A stretch of DNA of 64,000 nucleotides from an uncultured Bacteroidales bacterium (GCA_963725585.1 CAVRYU010000005.1:287823-351822); one strand, 5' to 3'. Shown: positions 39,356 to 49,055, counted from the stretch's first letter. Program-made: numbers and translations. Notes: a model not told the origin generated them from the sequence alone.

Positions 39356-40053
39356 GTCCTGGCTTGTGACGGTTAACAGAGTTAGTGCGTTTTTATTTTT
39401 CAATATACTGAATATGAATGTTTTAAAATTTATAAATTTGAATTTTACCGCACTAACGCATATTTTTGTGACATGCTCAGGATCGGAAAGGTTAAGACAA
39501 GATCAGGATCTTAGTTCATACAGGCAGTGCAAAATGACCTGGGGATCCCTCAGTCGTCAAACCCTCGCAGACTCGGGTTTTACTTCTTCGGGATGACACG
39601 TGCTTTTAGAAACAATGGGGGAAGAAGCGGCGGGTCGCCGGTAAAAAACTCTTTTTCCAGGAAAACCTCCATCCGGCGGCCCGCCGCTTCTTCCCCTAAA
39701 CCTCTTACCCCTGAACCGTGTCATCCCGAATTCCGACAACCACGCTTTCACAGGTTATGACCTGATGCTTCATCGGTTGGCGGAAGAGGGATCCCCTTAT
39801 CGTGTGCAGGAACATTTCTATCTGGCGTTTCGATCTTCCCGTTTGCTGTTGATACTTTCAATTAATTTGACCTTTTTTGATCTGGAGTATGCTTTTATCT
39901 TCTTCTCCCTGGCAATTGCCCATCGATTTCTCCAAACCATTCATAATACACCAGTTGATCAATATTAAATCCCTGTAACGCTTATCAAAATTAGTTGAGC
40001 GATCGGTTAGTAAGGAGGAAACTCCTACCGCACTAATTGTCACAAGACAGGAC
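39356..40053. mobile_element. ORF-less insert bounded by 15-bp terminal inverted repeats (MITE-like or att-flanked remnant)
   Basis: Left gtcctgGcttgtgac (39356..39370) matches the reverse complement of gtcacaagAcaggac (40039..40053), 14 of 15. cgcactaa motifs lie near both ends. A nested hairpin spans 39589..39728 (12-bp outer stem; 24-bp inner stem with one mismatch). There is no credible ORF. Confidence 0.5.
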
Positions 40054-40191
40054 AATATCTACGGAAATCCTGAGATCCGTGTCTCATTTATGTTCTGAAG
40101 AGAGCAGCAGATCAGGTTAACCTCTTTCAACACAGAATAGTTTTCCCTAAAACAACTGCTTCACAATTCAATATTTGACTTTAACTGTACC
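40052..40191. repeat. 140-bp direct repeat, copy 2
   Basis: It differs from copy 1 at two positions only (ctttcCac/ctttcAac; gtttCccc/gtttTccc). Confidence 0.9.
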
Positions 40192-40636
40192 AGTGTACTC
40201 AAATAAGTCAGAAATTTCAGAATAGTATTCCTTTTATATTTTTTTATTGTCAGGCACCTGAACAATACGAGCCGGTCTTGCTGCATTACAATTGTAAACA
40301 ATGAGAATTACGACAATATTAACATCAGTAACTACATATTTACAGATTATAAAATGACATATGTAAAGATTCTATTGTAATGGATTTATGTCAAATTAAT
40401 AACTTAAATATCAATAACATTATAGATTTTATCTTATAGAACAATATATGTTTTTAATGATATCAGGACCTATATTATTTAGATTTATAATAATTAATAT
40501 GTTAATATGCTTATAACCATTTATATAAATAACTAAACTTAAGCAATACATCAGGTATATTCAGGTTATAAGTAATTGATATTAAATAATATAAGAATAA
40601 GAGGATTGTACGTAATTTGCTATGGCATATATGTAG

Positions 40637-40699
40637 TTACATTTGTAATATATTAAAGTTAACTATGTAAATTATATATTATTTACATTTGTAATATAT
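40637..40699 (+). promoter_or_regulatory. Duplicated 17-bp box ttacatttgtaatatat containing the Bacteroidota -7 consensus TAnnTTTG
   Basis: Copies lie at 40637..40653 and 40683..40699. tacatttg (40684..40691) lies about 20 nt upstream of the ATG at 40711. A related perfect palindrome ttacaattgtaa is at 40286..40297. Confidence 0.45.
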
Positions 40700-40710
40700 A
40701 AATCCGGATT

Positions 40711-41145
40711 ATGAAAGACCGTATTATTGAATTTCTTAAAAAAGAAAATAAAACTTCAGCTCAGTTTGCTGAAGAGATTCGCGTTCAGCCTTCAGGTATC
40801 TCCCATATACTTTCAGGAAGAAATAAGCCAAGCCTGGATTTTGTTATTAAAATGCTGGAGAAATACACATTCCTGTCTACTGAGTGGTTAATGTTCGGCA
40901 AAGGATCGATGTATAAGGAACCAAAAATGGCTGATCTGTTTTCAGAGATTGATATGCTTCAATCCGGCAGGCCAAAGGATAATTCCGCGGTACCAATGGA
41001 TAAAATGCATTTTGAAAGTACTCACAGGGAGGATATTCAGGAAACAAGCCGGGAAAGATCGATTACGGACCGTTCTGAGGCAGTTAAAATTGTTTGGTTT
41101 TATGAAGACGCAAGTTTTGAGGAGTTTTATCCACGGAAACATTGA
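40711..41145 (+). CDS. XRE-family helix-turn-helix protein
   Basis: 144 aa. The N-terminal region, KTSAQFAEEIRVQPSGISHILSGRNKPSLDFVIKMLEKY, is an HTH_3-like domain. Confidence 0.75.
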   Translation: MKDRIIEFLKKENKTSAQFAEEIRVQPSGISHILSGRNKPSLDFVIKMLEKYTFLSTEWLMFGKGSMYKEPKMADLFSEIDMLQSGRPKDNSAVPMDKMHFESTHREDIQETSRERSITDRSEAVKIVWFYEDASFEEFYPRKH

Positions 41146-41199
41146 CCAAAATTTTCAGGAAACCGATCATTAATTATCTTTGCTGAAAAGGGACTGCTG

Positions 41200-41967
41200 A
41201 TGGCAAAGAGAATAGAAGATTTTAAAATAAAGGAAAACCGTCGTCTGAATAATGATCTCTTTATTCTGGAACTCATAGGAAATTCATATTTACCATCACT
41301 TAAACCAGGACAGTTTGCCCAGGTAAAAATAGAAGGAAGCCCCGACACGTTTCTACGTCGTCCAATATCAATTCATGATGTTGATTATGAAAGAAATACA
41401 ATAAAATTTCTTGTTCAGGTTGCCGGGAAAGGAACTGAAAGACTTTCAAATTTGAAACCGGGGGAAACACTTAACATCATTTATCCTCTCGGGAATTCAT
41501 TCAGTCTTCCTTCTGAAAATGCAAAAGTTCTGCTCATAGGCGGGGGATGTGGTGTTGCACCTTTGATGTTTCTTGGAAAATTTCTGAAATCGAAAGGTTT
41601 CAGCCCGGAAATACTTCTGGGATTCAGAAATTCTGAACGTATAATTGAATATGATGAGTATGTCGGAATTGGACCGGTATATCTTACAACCGAGGACGGA
41701 TCCAAAGGAGAAAAAGGATTTGTCACCGATCATACAGTTCTGAAAGAGCGTCACTTCGAACATATTTGCTGTTGCGGTCCGGAATTGATGATGAAGTCTG
41801 TTACCGGCTATTGCACGAAAAACGATATTAATTGTGAAGTATCTCTTGAACACCTTATGGCATGCGGTTTTGGTGTTTGCCTTTGCTGTGTTGTAAACAC
41901 TGTAAACGGAAATCTCTGCACATGTATCGATGGTCCTGTTTTTAATACAAAGGAATTGAAATGGTAA
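41200..41967 (+). CDS. pyrK: Dihydroorotate dehydrogenase B electron-transfer subunit
   Basis: 255 aa with the [11 protein letters not shown] motif, GGGCGVAPL, and the C-terminal Cys cluster CGFGVCLCC...C (2Fe-2S). Confidence 0.88.
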   Translation: MAKRIEDFKIKENRRLNNDLFILELIGNSYLPSLKPGQFAQVKIEGSPDTFLRRPISIHDVDYERNTIKFLVQVAGKGTERLSNLKPGETLNIIYPLGNSFSLPSENAKVLLIGGGCGVAPLMFLGKFLKSKGFSPEILLGFRNSERIIEYDEYVGIGPVYLTTEDGSKGEKGFVTDHTVLKERHFEHICCCGPELMMKSVTGYCTKNDINCEVSLEHLMACGFGVCLCCVVNTVNGNLCTCIDGPVFNTKELKW

Positions 41968-42869
41968 ACCCTGGTGTTACGATTGGAAATCTGAAATTTA
42001 AAAACCCTGTAATTACTGCTTCAGGTACTTTCGGTAACGGATCAGAATTTGATGATTTCATTGATATATCAAGGCTGGGAGGCATTATACTGAAAGGAAC
42101 TACAATGGAGCCAAGGGAGGGAAATCCTTATCCCAGGATGGCCGAAACTCCTTCAGGCATGCTGAATGCAGTTGGATTACAGAACAGAGGTATCGATTAC
42201 TTCGAAAAAAACATTTATACTGTAATCTCACAGTATGATACAAACGTTATAATGAATATTAACGGTAGTTATATTGAAGACTATATTGCTTTGGCTGAGA
42301 GGGTTAATAAACTGGATAAGATCCCCGCAATTGAACTCAACATTTCGTGTCCCAATGTTAAAATGGGTGGAATGGCCTTCGGAACAAATCCCGCCTCAGC
42401 ACGTGAAGTAGTAAAAGCTGTTAGAGCAGTTTACTCTAAAATCCTTATTGTAAAACTCTCACCGAACGTTACGAATATTGTCGATTTTGCTCGTATTTCA
42501 GAGGAGGAGGGGGCAGATTCCGTTTCTCTGATAAACACGCTGCTGGGTATGGCAGTCGATATAAAAACTTTGAAACCATCATTATCCACGATTACCGGGG
42601 GCCTTTCCGGACCTGCTGTGAAGCCGGTTGCATTAAGGATGGTATGGCAGGTGGCAAAAGCTGTTAAAATTCCTGTTATCGGGATCGGCGGAATCATGTC
42701 GGCTGGTGATGCTATTGAGTTTTTTCTGGCTGGTGCCAGTGCGATCCAGGTCGGAACAGCCTCATTTATTGACCCGGGGATTTCAATAACCATTCTTAAT
42801 GGAATTACTAAATATCTAGCTGATAAAGGGTTCAGCGATATTAAGGATATTATCGGGTTAATAAATTAA
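41961..42869 (+). CDS. pyrD: Dihydroorotate dehydrogenase B catalytic subunit
   Basis: 302 aa with [21 protein letters not shown] and [10 protein letters not shown]. It overlaps the pyrK stop by 7 nt. Confidence 0.92.
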   Translation: MVNPGVTIGNLKFKNPVITASGTFGNGSEFDDFIDISRLGGIILKGTTMEPREGNPYPRMAETPSGMLNAVGLQNRGIDYFEKNIYTVISQYDTNVIMNINGSYIEDYIALAERVNKLDKIPAIELNISCPNVKMGGMAFGTNPASAREVVKAVRAVYSKILIVKLSPNVTNIVDFARISEEEGADSVSLINTLLGMAVDIKTLKPSLSTITGGLSGPAVKPVALRMVWQVAKAVKIPVIGIGGIMSAGDAIEFFLAGASAIQVGTASFIDPGISITILNGITKYLADKGFSDIKDIIGLIN

Positions 42870-43198
42870 CATAATGCTACAAATATCTTGTCCCTATGGG
42901 ACAGTTCCGTTAGGAACTAAATATTTATAGAAAAAATAGTAGCCCAAGTATTTATAAATCCCGTAGGGATGTGACAAATATCCATGTTTGAGGAGATTTA
43001 TTAGTTTTTAACGGACAGCAGGGATAAACCTGATTAAACCACAAGGATCACAAATTGAATCTCTAATGTTAAAACAAAAGATAATTCATTATTCTTGTTT
43101 CAGTGGAAAGAAATTTTACCTTCACGTAAAAGTCTCTGGTTTTCCTTTAAATTTGTAACTGTTAAATGCCAATTTTCATTTTTCGTTAATCTAAATCA

Positions 43199-43675
43199 AT
43201 GATAATGACAGAAAATATTCATATTGATAATCTGGATAAGAAAATTCTTGATATAATAACTAAAAATGCAAGAGTTCCCTATCTGGAGGTCGCGCGGGAA
43301 TGCAATGTTTCAGGTGCTGCTATTCATCAACGTGTTCAGAGGCTGATTAAAACAGGCGTCATTAAAGGATCCGAATTTAAAGTTGATCCGAAACTGGTAG
43401 GATTCAAGACCTGTGCCTATATCGGGGTTTATCTCGACCATCCCGGGCACTACCGTGATATAATTACGAATTTCAAAGCGATCCCTGAAATAATTGAGTG
43501 CCACTACACAACGGGTAACTATTCACTGTTCATTAAGGTTTACACCCGTGATAATGAGCATCTTCGTGATATTCTTACTGATAAGATCCAGAACATACCT
43601 GGAGTTGTCCGTACTGAAACCCTGATCTCTCTCGAGGAATCTATTAATCGTCAGATCCCTGTTCTGTCTCAGTAA
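43199..43675 (+). CDS. Lrp/AsnC family transcriptional regulator
   Basis: 158 aa with LDKKILDIITKNARVPYLEVARECNVSGAAIHQRVQRLIKTGVI plus an AsnC-type C-terminal domain. Confidence 0.88.
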   Translation: MIMTENIHIDNLDKKILDIITKNARVPYLEVARECNVSGAAIHQRVQRLIKTGVIKGSEFKVDPKLVGFKTCAYIGVYLDHPGHYRDIITNFKAIPEIIECHYTTGNYSLFIKVYTRDNEHLRDILTDKIQNIPGVVRTETLISLEESINRQIPVLSQ

Positions 43676-43857
43676 AGTCTAAGCAAAATGCGACTTTGTA
43701 CTTTACTTTGTTCCGTGGGACTCGTGATTTGTAGTATGGGAAATATGTGAATTATGTAATAAAAATAAATATTTCTGTAATATCCCATTAAAAAATAACT
43801 CAGACCTTTAAGTTGAAAACAAAGTTCCTCAGTTATTTATCACTTAAAGTTAAAATA

Positions 43858-44106
43858 ATGGAAATAGTTGTAATTCTTATCATTGGAGCAGTAGCTGGCT
43901 GGTTAGGCAGCACTATTTACAAGGGGAGCGGCCTGGGATTGCTTGGAAACATTGTGATTGGTATAATTGGGAGTTTTGTCGGATACTGGGCACTAGGGAA
44001 ACTTGGTGTCGATCTTGGCAGCGGGTGGGTTGGAGTCATTCTTACAGGGGCTATCGGGGCAATAATTATTTTGGTCCTGCTTAATTTGTTATCTCCAAGA
44101 AGATAA
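43858..44106 (+). CDS. GlsB/YeaQ/YmgE family small membrane protein
   Basis: ORF 43813..44106 trimmed to the ATG at 43858 (MEIVVILIIGAVAGWLGS...). It has Gly-rich TM helices. Confidence 0.8.
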   Translation: MEIVVILIIGAVAGWLGSTIYKGSGLGLLGNIVIGIIGSFVGYWALGKLGVDLGSGWVGVILTGAIGAIIILVLLNLLSPRR

Positions 44107-44120
44107 CAATCTTAAAACAA

Positions 44121-44147
44121 AAAATGCTCTGAAAGGAGCATTTTTTG
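44121..44147 (+). terminator. Rho-independent terminator
   Basis: aaaatgctc-tgaaag-gagcatttttt. Confidence 0.65.
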
Positions 44148-44152
44148 TCTCG

Positions 44153-44225
44153 TGATCTAGCTGGGATTCGAACCCAGGACCCCATCCTTAAAAGGGATGT
44201 GCTCTACCAGCTGAGCTACTAAATC
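44153..44225 (-). tRNA. tRNA-Lys (anticodon UUU)
   Basis: The reverse complement folds as a cloverleaf: GATTTAG TA GCTC AGCTGGTA GAGC A CATCC CTTTTAA GGATG GGGTC CTGGG TTCGAAT CCCAG CTAGATC A. CCA is not encoded. Confidence 0.93.
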
Positions 44226-44422
44226 ATTCCTCTGTGATCGCTATCGGAATGAGCTATTAAATCATCCGTAAATTTAGCGGTGCAAAGTTAGAAGAAAATT
44301 GATTTAAAGCAAAAAATCTTTTTCTTTTTAGTAATCATTTATTCCTATTGTACTGTAATGAATTCCCGCCTCGTACGTCATGCTGTTAAATAAACGCTCT
44401 TTAACCTTTTAATTTCTCAGCT

Positions 44423-44923
44423 ATGAAAAGAATACTTGGAATTTTAGTGGTGTCAGCTTTAATGGGAGTTGCTTGTGGACAACGATCAATCGACAGGCTC
44501 TTTGAAAGATATGCAAACAATGATGGATTTGTTTCGTTCACAATAAGCGGCAATCTCTTAAATCTGCTAAAGTCTGATGAGAATGACCGGGATGACAATC
44601 ACTGGCCGGACAAGATAACCGAAATCAGGATCCTCGTTCAGGATGAAGAGAACAGGGGCAATGAAAATTTTTTTGATCTTGCCAGAAGAGATCTGGATTC
44701 ACGGGATTATGAAGAATTTATGACAGTGAAAAAAACCGACCAGGATCTTAAAATGCTTGTGCGGATGGATGGAGATATAATAAAAGAATTCTTGCTCATA
44801 GGAGGTGGTGAGGATAACTTTATTATTCAGGCAAAAGGGAGAATAACTGTTAAGGAGGCTGAAGATTTTAGCCGTGAGGCAAAGAAGGAACATGGGAGGA
44901 ACATGTTTTCAGACCTTAATTAG
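44423..44923 (+). CDS. DUF4252 domain lipoprotein
   Basis: 166 aa with lipobox GVAC, FERYANNDGFVSFTISGNLL, ITEIRIL and FLLIGGGEDNFIIQAKGRI, as in DUF4252. Confidence 0.75.
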   Translation: MKRILGILVVSALMGVACGQRSIDRLFERYANNDGFVSFTISGNLLNLLKSDENDRDDNHWPDKITEIRILVQDEENRGNENFFDLARRDLDSRDYEEFMTVKKTDQDLKMLVRMDGDIIKEFLLIGGGEDNFIIQAKGRITVKEAEDFSREAKKEHGRNMFSDLN

Positions 44924-44970
44924 TTAATTATGTGATTATCTTTGCATAAAGGATAATTGCTTCTCTGTCA

Positions 44971-45501
44971 ATGACAAAAACTGATTTCAATAACCTTGTT
45001 ATCACTATAGGCAGAAAACTGTACGGATATGCTTACCGGATACTCAGGGAAAAGGAAGGATCAGAGGACGCAGTTCAGGAAGTTTTTGTTAAACTGTGGA
45101 AGATGAATACGAAACTTGACGAATATGAAAGTGTGGAAGCTCTGGCTGTAACAATGGTCAAAAACTTCTGCATTGATCAGATAAGAAAGCAAAAATACGT
45201 TGAACCTGCCGACATTAATTCCTTTTCATTGTATCATGATTCTGAACCATCCCCTCAGGAAAAGCTTGAAAACAGTGAGACGACTGCAATAATGCTTATG
45301 ATCATTAACGGTCTGCCTCCGACATACAGGGAGATCATTCAGCTGAGGGACATTGAAGAACTGACATATGAGGAAATTGCAGATAAGACAGGACAGAATA
45401 TTAATACTTTGAGAGTGAATCTGTCAAGAGCAAGAAAAAGCGTCAGGGACGAATTTAATAAACGAAGCGATGAATTCAGAGGAAATAAAACGATTGCTTG
45501 A
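44971..45501 (+). CDS. ECF (sigma-70 family) RNA polymerase sigma factor
   Basis: 176 aa with region 2 (EDAVQEVFVKLW) and a region 4 HTH (LTYEEIADKTGQNINTLRVNLSRARKSV). Confidence 0.88.
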   Translation: MTKTDFNNLVITIGRKLYGYAYRILREKEGSEDAVQEVFVKLWKMNTKLDEYESVEALAVTMVKNFCIDQIRKQKYVEPADINSFSLYHDSEPSPQEKLENSETTAIMLMIINGLPPTYREIIQLRDIEELTYEEIADKTGQNINTLRVNLSRARKSVRDEFNKRSDEFRGNKTIA

Positions 45502-46042
45502 AAAGTACTATGAGGGGGAAACAACCTCCGGGGAGGAACTGTTGCTGAAGAAGTTCTTCAGCATGGATAATGTCCCTCAAGATCTGAGGAGCGACCAGGA
45601 AATATTCCGATACTATATACAGGCAACTGTAATACCTGAGCCATCTGCTGATTTTGAAAAGAAAATTATTTCTGCAATTGATAATGAAGATAAAAATCCA
45701 GGCAGATTTAAGAGAAAAAGACTGTATGTCACTTTATCGGGGATAGCAGCCGCAATGATTATTCTCGCGGGCTCATATTTCTTTTTCATAAACCGGTCAG
45801 AACCACGTGATACATATTCTGATCCGGAAGTAGCCTATGCTGAAACAATGAAAATACTATACAAGGTCTCAGCACGTCTCAACCAGGGCACAAAAGCCCT
45901 TGGGCATCTGAGCGATTTGCAGGATGAAACTCAGAGAACAATGGCAACCGTCAGCAGGTCAACTGCTAAAATTGAAGATAATATGAAACCACTTGATAAT
46001 GTATTTCAAACTATCGGAAAGCCGACAACAATTAACAATTAA
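45470..46042 (+). CDS. Single-pass membrane protein, putative anti-sigma factor
   Basis: 190 aa. It overlaps the sigma gene by 32 nt, has one TM segment (LYVTLSGIAAAMIILAGSYFFFI), and sits where anti-sigma factors typically lie. Confidence 0.6.
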   Translation: MNSEEIKRLLEKYYEGETTSGEELLLKKFFSMDNVPQDLRSDQEIFRYYIQATVIPEPSADFEKKIISAIDNEDKNPGRFKRKRLYVTLSGIAAAMIILAGSYFFFINRSEPRDTYSDPEVAYAETMKILYKVSARLNQGTKALGHLSDLQDETQRTMATVSRSTAKIEDNMKPLDNVFQTIGKPTTINN

Positions 46043-46056
46043 CAATTAACAATTAA
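46029..46056. repeat. Heptanucleotide tandem array caattaa x4 spanning a stop codon
   Basis: Four perfect units. The TAA stop of the preceding CDS (46040..46042) is part of unit 2. Confidence 0.85.
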
Positions 46057-46114
46057 AAATCACTCCGCCTCCTTCACCATTTGGCGAATATGGCGGACAA
46101 AGCAATCACCAGAT

Positions 46115-46640
46115 ATGAAAAAATTAATTCTCTTCAGTACAGCTCTCTGCATGGTTACTTTATTTAACGCACAGACAAATGCAATCGATGAGTATTTTCG
46201 AAAATATTCAGAAAAGGATGGTTTTACAACCGTCACAATTTCCAGGCAAATTGTTGAGCCTTTTTGCAGGAAAGAAGGCAAACAGCGAAGGGAGTAATAT
46301 TATTAACAAGCTGACTTCAATCAGAATTCTTTCTGTAGAAGATTCACTTCTGAATCAAAGCGTTAATTTTTATAAGGAACTTACCAAAAAGCTCGATATT
46401 TCTTCTTATGAAGAACTAATGGCTGTCAAGGAAGGTTCTGATGTAACCAAGTTCCTGGTGAAACAAAGAGGGGATGTTATTTCCGAATTGCTTGTCATCA
46501 TCGGAGGCCCTGGTGACAATACCCTGATTTCCATAAAAGGGGATCTTGATCTGAAAAGCCTTTCAGAACTGTCGAATGAAACCGGAATTGATGAACTTAA
46601 GGATCTTGAAAAGATCGACAAGAAGAACCAGAAAGAATAA
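46115..46640 (+). pseudogene. DUF4252 domain protein (second copy), one frameshift
   Basis: Pieces 46115..46297 (signal peptide, IDEYFRKYSEKDGFTTVTIS) and 46179..46640 (GKLLSLFAG..., LTSIRILSVED, LLVIIGGPGDNTLISIKGDL). The junction is near 46245. Confidence 0.75.
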
Positions 46641-46656
46641 AAACATATGTTGCTGC

Positions 46657-46718
46657 TTACCGGTTACTGGTTACTGGTTAAAACACATGACAACAAGCAA
46701 CAAGCAACGTGTAACCAG
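46657..46718. repeat. Two heptamer arrays (ttacYgg x3; caacaag-type x4) with partial mutual complementarity
   Basis: ttaccgg ttactgg ttactgg (46657..46677) and caacaag caacaag caacgtg taaccag (46691..46718). taaccag is the reverse complement of ctggtta. Confidence 0.75.
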
Positions 46719-46830
46719 CAACTTCAAATTCCAGGACATACTGTTTCCTGTGATTTATTGCCTCAAACAATTGCCAAAGTGTATCTTAATTAGTTACTTT
46801 CAGGGTTCATTGTTAACCCAGGAATAACTA

Positions 46831-49008
46831 ATGCCCGAAGCTCAAAAAATAGACATAGCATACAGGACCCTGTTGAAGACAGCGAAAAACTCGCTGGCTC
46901 CCGGGGATACCAAAAAGATAAGGCGGGCGCTCGATCTTGCTCTTAAAGCGTGCTCCGGCAATTCAATCCTTACAGGGAAACCTGAAATTCTTCATGCGTT
47001 ATCAGTTGCTACAATTATTTCGGAAGAGATGGGTCTGGGAACGACCTCAATTATCACAGCTCTTCTGCACGATTCTTATAACAGGCTTGGCATTGCACCC
47101 CAGGAACTTGAAAAGGAATTAGGTAAGAAAGTCGTTGAGATCCTGCAGGGATTTTCACGTATTGAAGCAATTAATTCAACGCAGGCTTCATATCAGTCGG
47201 AGAATTTCCGAAAACTTCTGTTAAGCCTAGCTGATGATGTAAGGGTAATCCTTATCAAACTTGTGGAAAGGCTTGAATACATGAGGAACCTCGACAATGC
47301 ACCGGAAAAGGAGAAGCTTCCTCTTGCATCGGAAACCTATTTTCTTTACGCTCCGCTGGCACACCGGCTCGGTTATTATAATATAAAGTCGGAATTGGAA
47401 GATCTGGCCGTCAAATATCTTGAACCAGAACAATATACCTTTGTTGAAAGCAGGATAAAGCAGACAACTGCCTCGAGAAACAAGCTCATTCGGGAATTCA
47501 CCGCACCGCTGAGTGAAAAGCTTGATAGCATTGGAATTAAGTACACAATAAAAAGCCGCACAAAATCAATTCATTCCATAATGCTGAAGATGAAAAAGCA
47601 GGAAGTGGATTTTGACGAGGTTTATGATCTGTTTGCTGTCAGGATAATTCTTGAAAGCGATCAGGAAAATGAGAAATCCGATTGCTGGCGGGTCTATTCA
47701 ATTGTGACAGATCTTTATCAACCAAATCCAAGCCGCCTCCGCGACTGGATTTCTGTTCCCAAGTCAAATGGGTATGAATCACTGCATACGACAGTTGTTG
47801 GCCCGAGGGGCAAATGGGTTGAAGTACAGATCAGGTCCTCACGAATGGATGAGATTGCAGAGAAAGGACTTGCAGCTCACTTTAAATATAAAGGTGTAAA
47901 AGGGGAGGGGGGCCTCGATATCTGGCTTACCAGGATGAGGGAAATTCTTGAATCATCTGAAAAGGAGGATGATACATTTCTCGACCAAGTCAGATCGGGA
48001 TTATATGCCGATGAGGTTTTTGTATTTACTCCAAATGGCGATCTGCGCCAGCTTCCGGCAGGTTCGACACTGCTCGATTTTGCTTTCGATATCCATACCG
48101 CAGTAGGAGCATCATGCGTGGGAGGCAAGGTAAACGGGAAAAATGTAACACTTAAATATGTACTTCAGAACGGTGATCATGTTTCAGTTTTAAGGTCGAA
48201 AAATCAGAAGCCCAAGCAGGACTGGCTTTCATTTGTAGTAACAAGCAAGGCTAAAACAAAAATAAAACAGGTTTTAAGCGAAGAAAGGACAAAATCAGCT
48301 GCTGAAGGCAAAGAGATTTTGATGCGCCGCCTTAAAAACTGGAAAATGAATTATGGGGATGCAGTTATCCAGAAACTGATAATTCATTATAATCTTAAAA
48401 CAGCTCAGGATCTTTACTGCAATATAGAATCAGAAAAACTTGATCTGCTTGAAATTAAGGAGATCCTTGTGAAAGGTGACCAGGAAGAGGTGCCTGTTCA
48501 GCCTGAAACACTTCCTGAAAAGGAATTCAAGGAACCTTCTGTTTCAGCCTACTCTGATTACCTGATAATCGAGGATAGAGTGGATGGCCTCGACTACAAG
48601 CTTTCAAAATGCTGCAATCCGGTTTTCGGTGATGCAATTTTCGGATTTGTAACAATTTCAGAAGGTATTAAGATCCACAGAACAGGTTGTCCCAATGCCC
48701 ACAATATGATGGCGAGATATCCTTACCGGGTTGTAGCAGCCAGATGGACAAAAACAAAAGGCGAACCGACATTCAACGCTGTAATTAAGGTCTCAGGAGT
48801 CGAAGATATAGGAATCGGGAACAAAATTGTTGATATTATTTCAGGTTACCATGTCCCCATCAGGAGTTTCAGTTACAATATGGATGAAGGGATGTTTGAG
48901 GGAACACTGAATATAATGGTTCCCAATAATGATGTACTCTATGGCATCATCCGTAAAATCCAGTCTATAAAGGGTGTTGTAAAAGCTTCCCGCCAAACCA
49001 GCGATTAA
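46831..49008 (+). CDS. relA: RelA/SpoT family (p)ppGpp synthetase (long RSH with HD, synthetase, TGS and ACT regions)
   Basis: 725 aa with HD-region ALLHD, a synthetase block (YDLFAVRIIL...GYESLHTTV), TGS (VFVFTPNGDLRQLPAGSTLLDFAF) and a C-terminal ACT-like domain. Confidence 0.88.
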   Translation: MPEAQKIDIAYRTLLKTAKNSLAPGDTKKIRRALDLALKACSGNSILTGKPEILHALSVATIISEEMGLGTTSIITALLHDSYNRLGIAPQELEKELGKKVVEILQGFSRIEAINSTQASYQSENFRKLLLSLADDVRVILIKLVERLEYMRNLDNAPEKEKLPLASETYFLYAPLAHRLGYYNIKSELEDLAVKYLEPEQYTFVESRIKQTTASRNKLIREFTAPLSEKLDSIGIKYTIKSRTKSIHSIMLKMKKQEVDFDEVYDLFAVRIILESDQENEKSDCWRVYSIVTDLYQPNPSRLRDWISVPKSNGYESLHTTVVGPRGKWVEVQIRSSRMDEIAEKGLAAHFKYKGVKGEGGLDIWLTRMREILESSEKEDDTFLDQVRSGLYADEVFVFTPNGDLRQLPAGSTLLDFAFDIHTAVGASCVGGKVNGKNVTLKYVLQNGDHVSVLRSKNQKPKQDWLSFVVTSKAKTKIKQVLSEERTKSAAEGKEILMRRLKNWKMNYGDAVIQKLIIHYNLKTAQDLYCNIESEKLDLLEIKEILVKGDQEEVPVQPETLPEKEFKEPSVSAYSDYLIIEDRVDGLDYKLSKCCNPVFGDAIFGFVTISEGIKIHRTGCPNAHNMMARYPYRVVAARWTKTKGEPTFNAVIKVSGVEDIGIGNKIVDIISGYHVPIRSFSYNMDEGMFEGTLNIMVPNNDVLYGIIRKIQSIKGVVKASRQTSD

Positions 49009-49013
49009 TTTCA

Positions 49014-49055
49014 ACATAGTACATAATACATAATACATAATACATAATACATTCC
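49014..49055. repeat. Heptanucleotide tandem array acataat (6 units)
   Basis: acatagt acataat x4 acattcc. It fills the 51-nt gap between the relA stop (49008) and the prsW ATG (49060). Confidence 0.85.

Noticed and set aside
39527-39760. Mirror-image ORFs on both strands (39527..39760 + and 39557..39751 -)
   Set aside because: Both arise from the same 12+24-bp hairpin, hence the similar RSGG(S/P)P peptides on both strands. They have no start context and no family resemblance.
39858-40055. 65-aa ORF starting inside the right terminal inverted repeat, considered as a transposase remnant
   Set aside because: I translated this and the neighbouring frames and saw no DDE, Y1, serine or tyrosine recombinase motif. 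It is too short and is interrupted in every frame.
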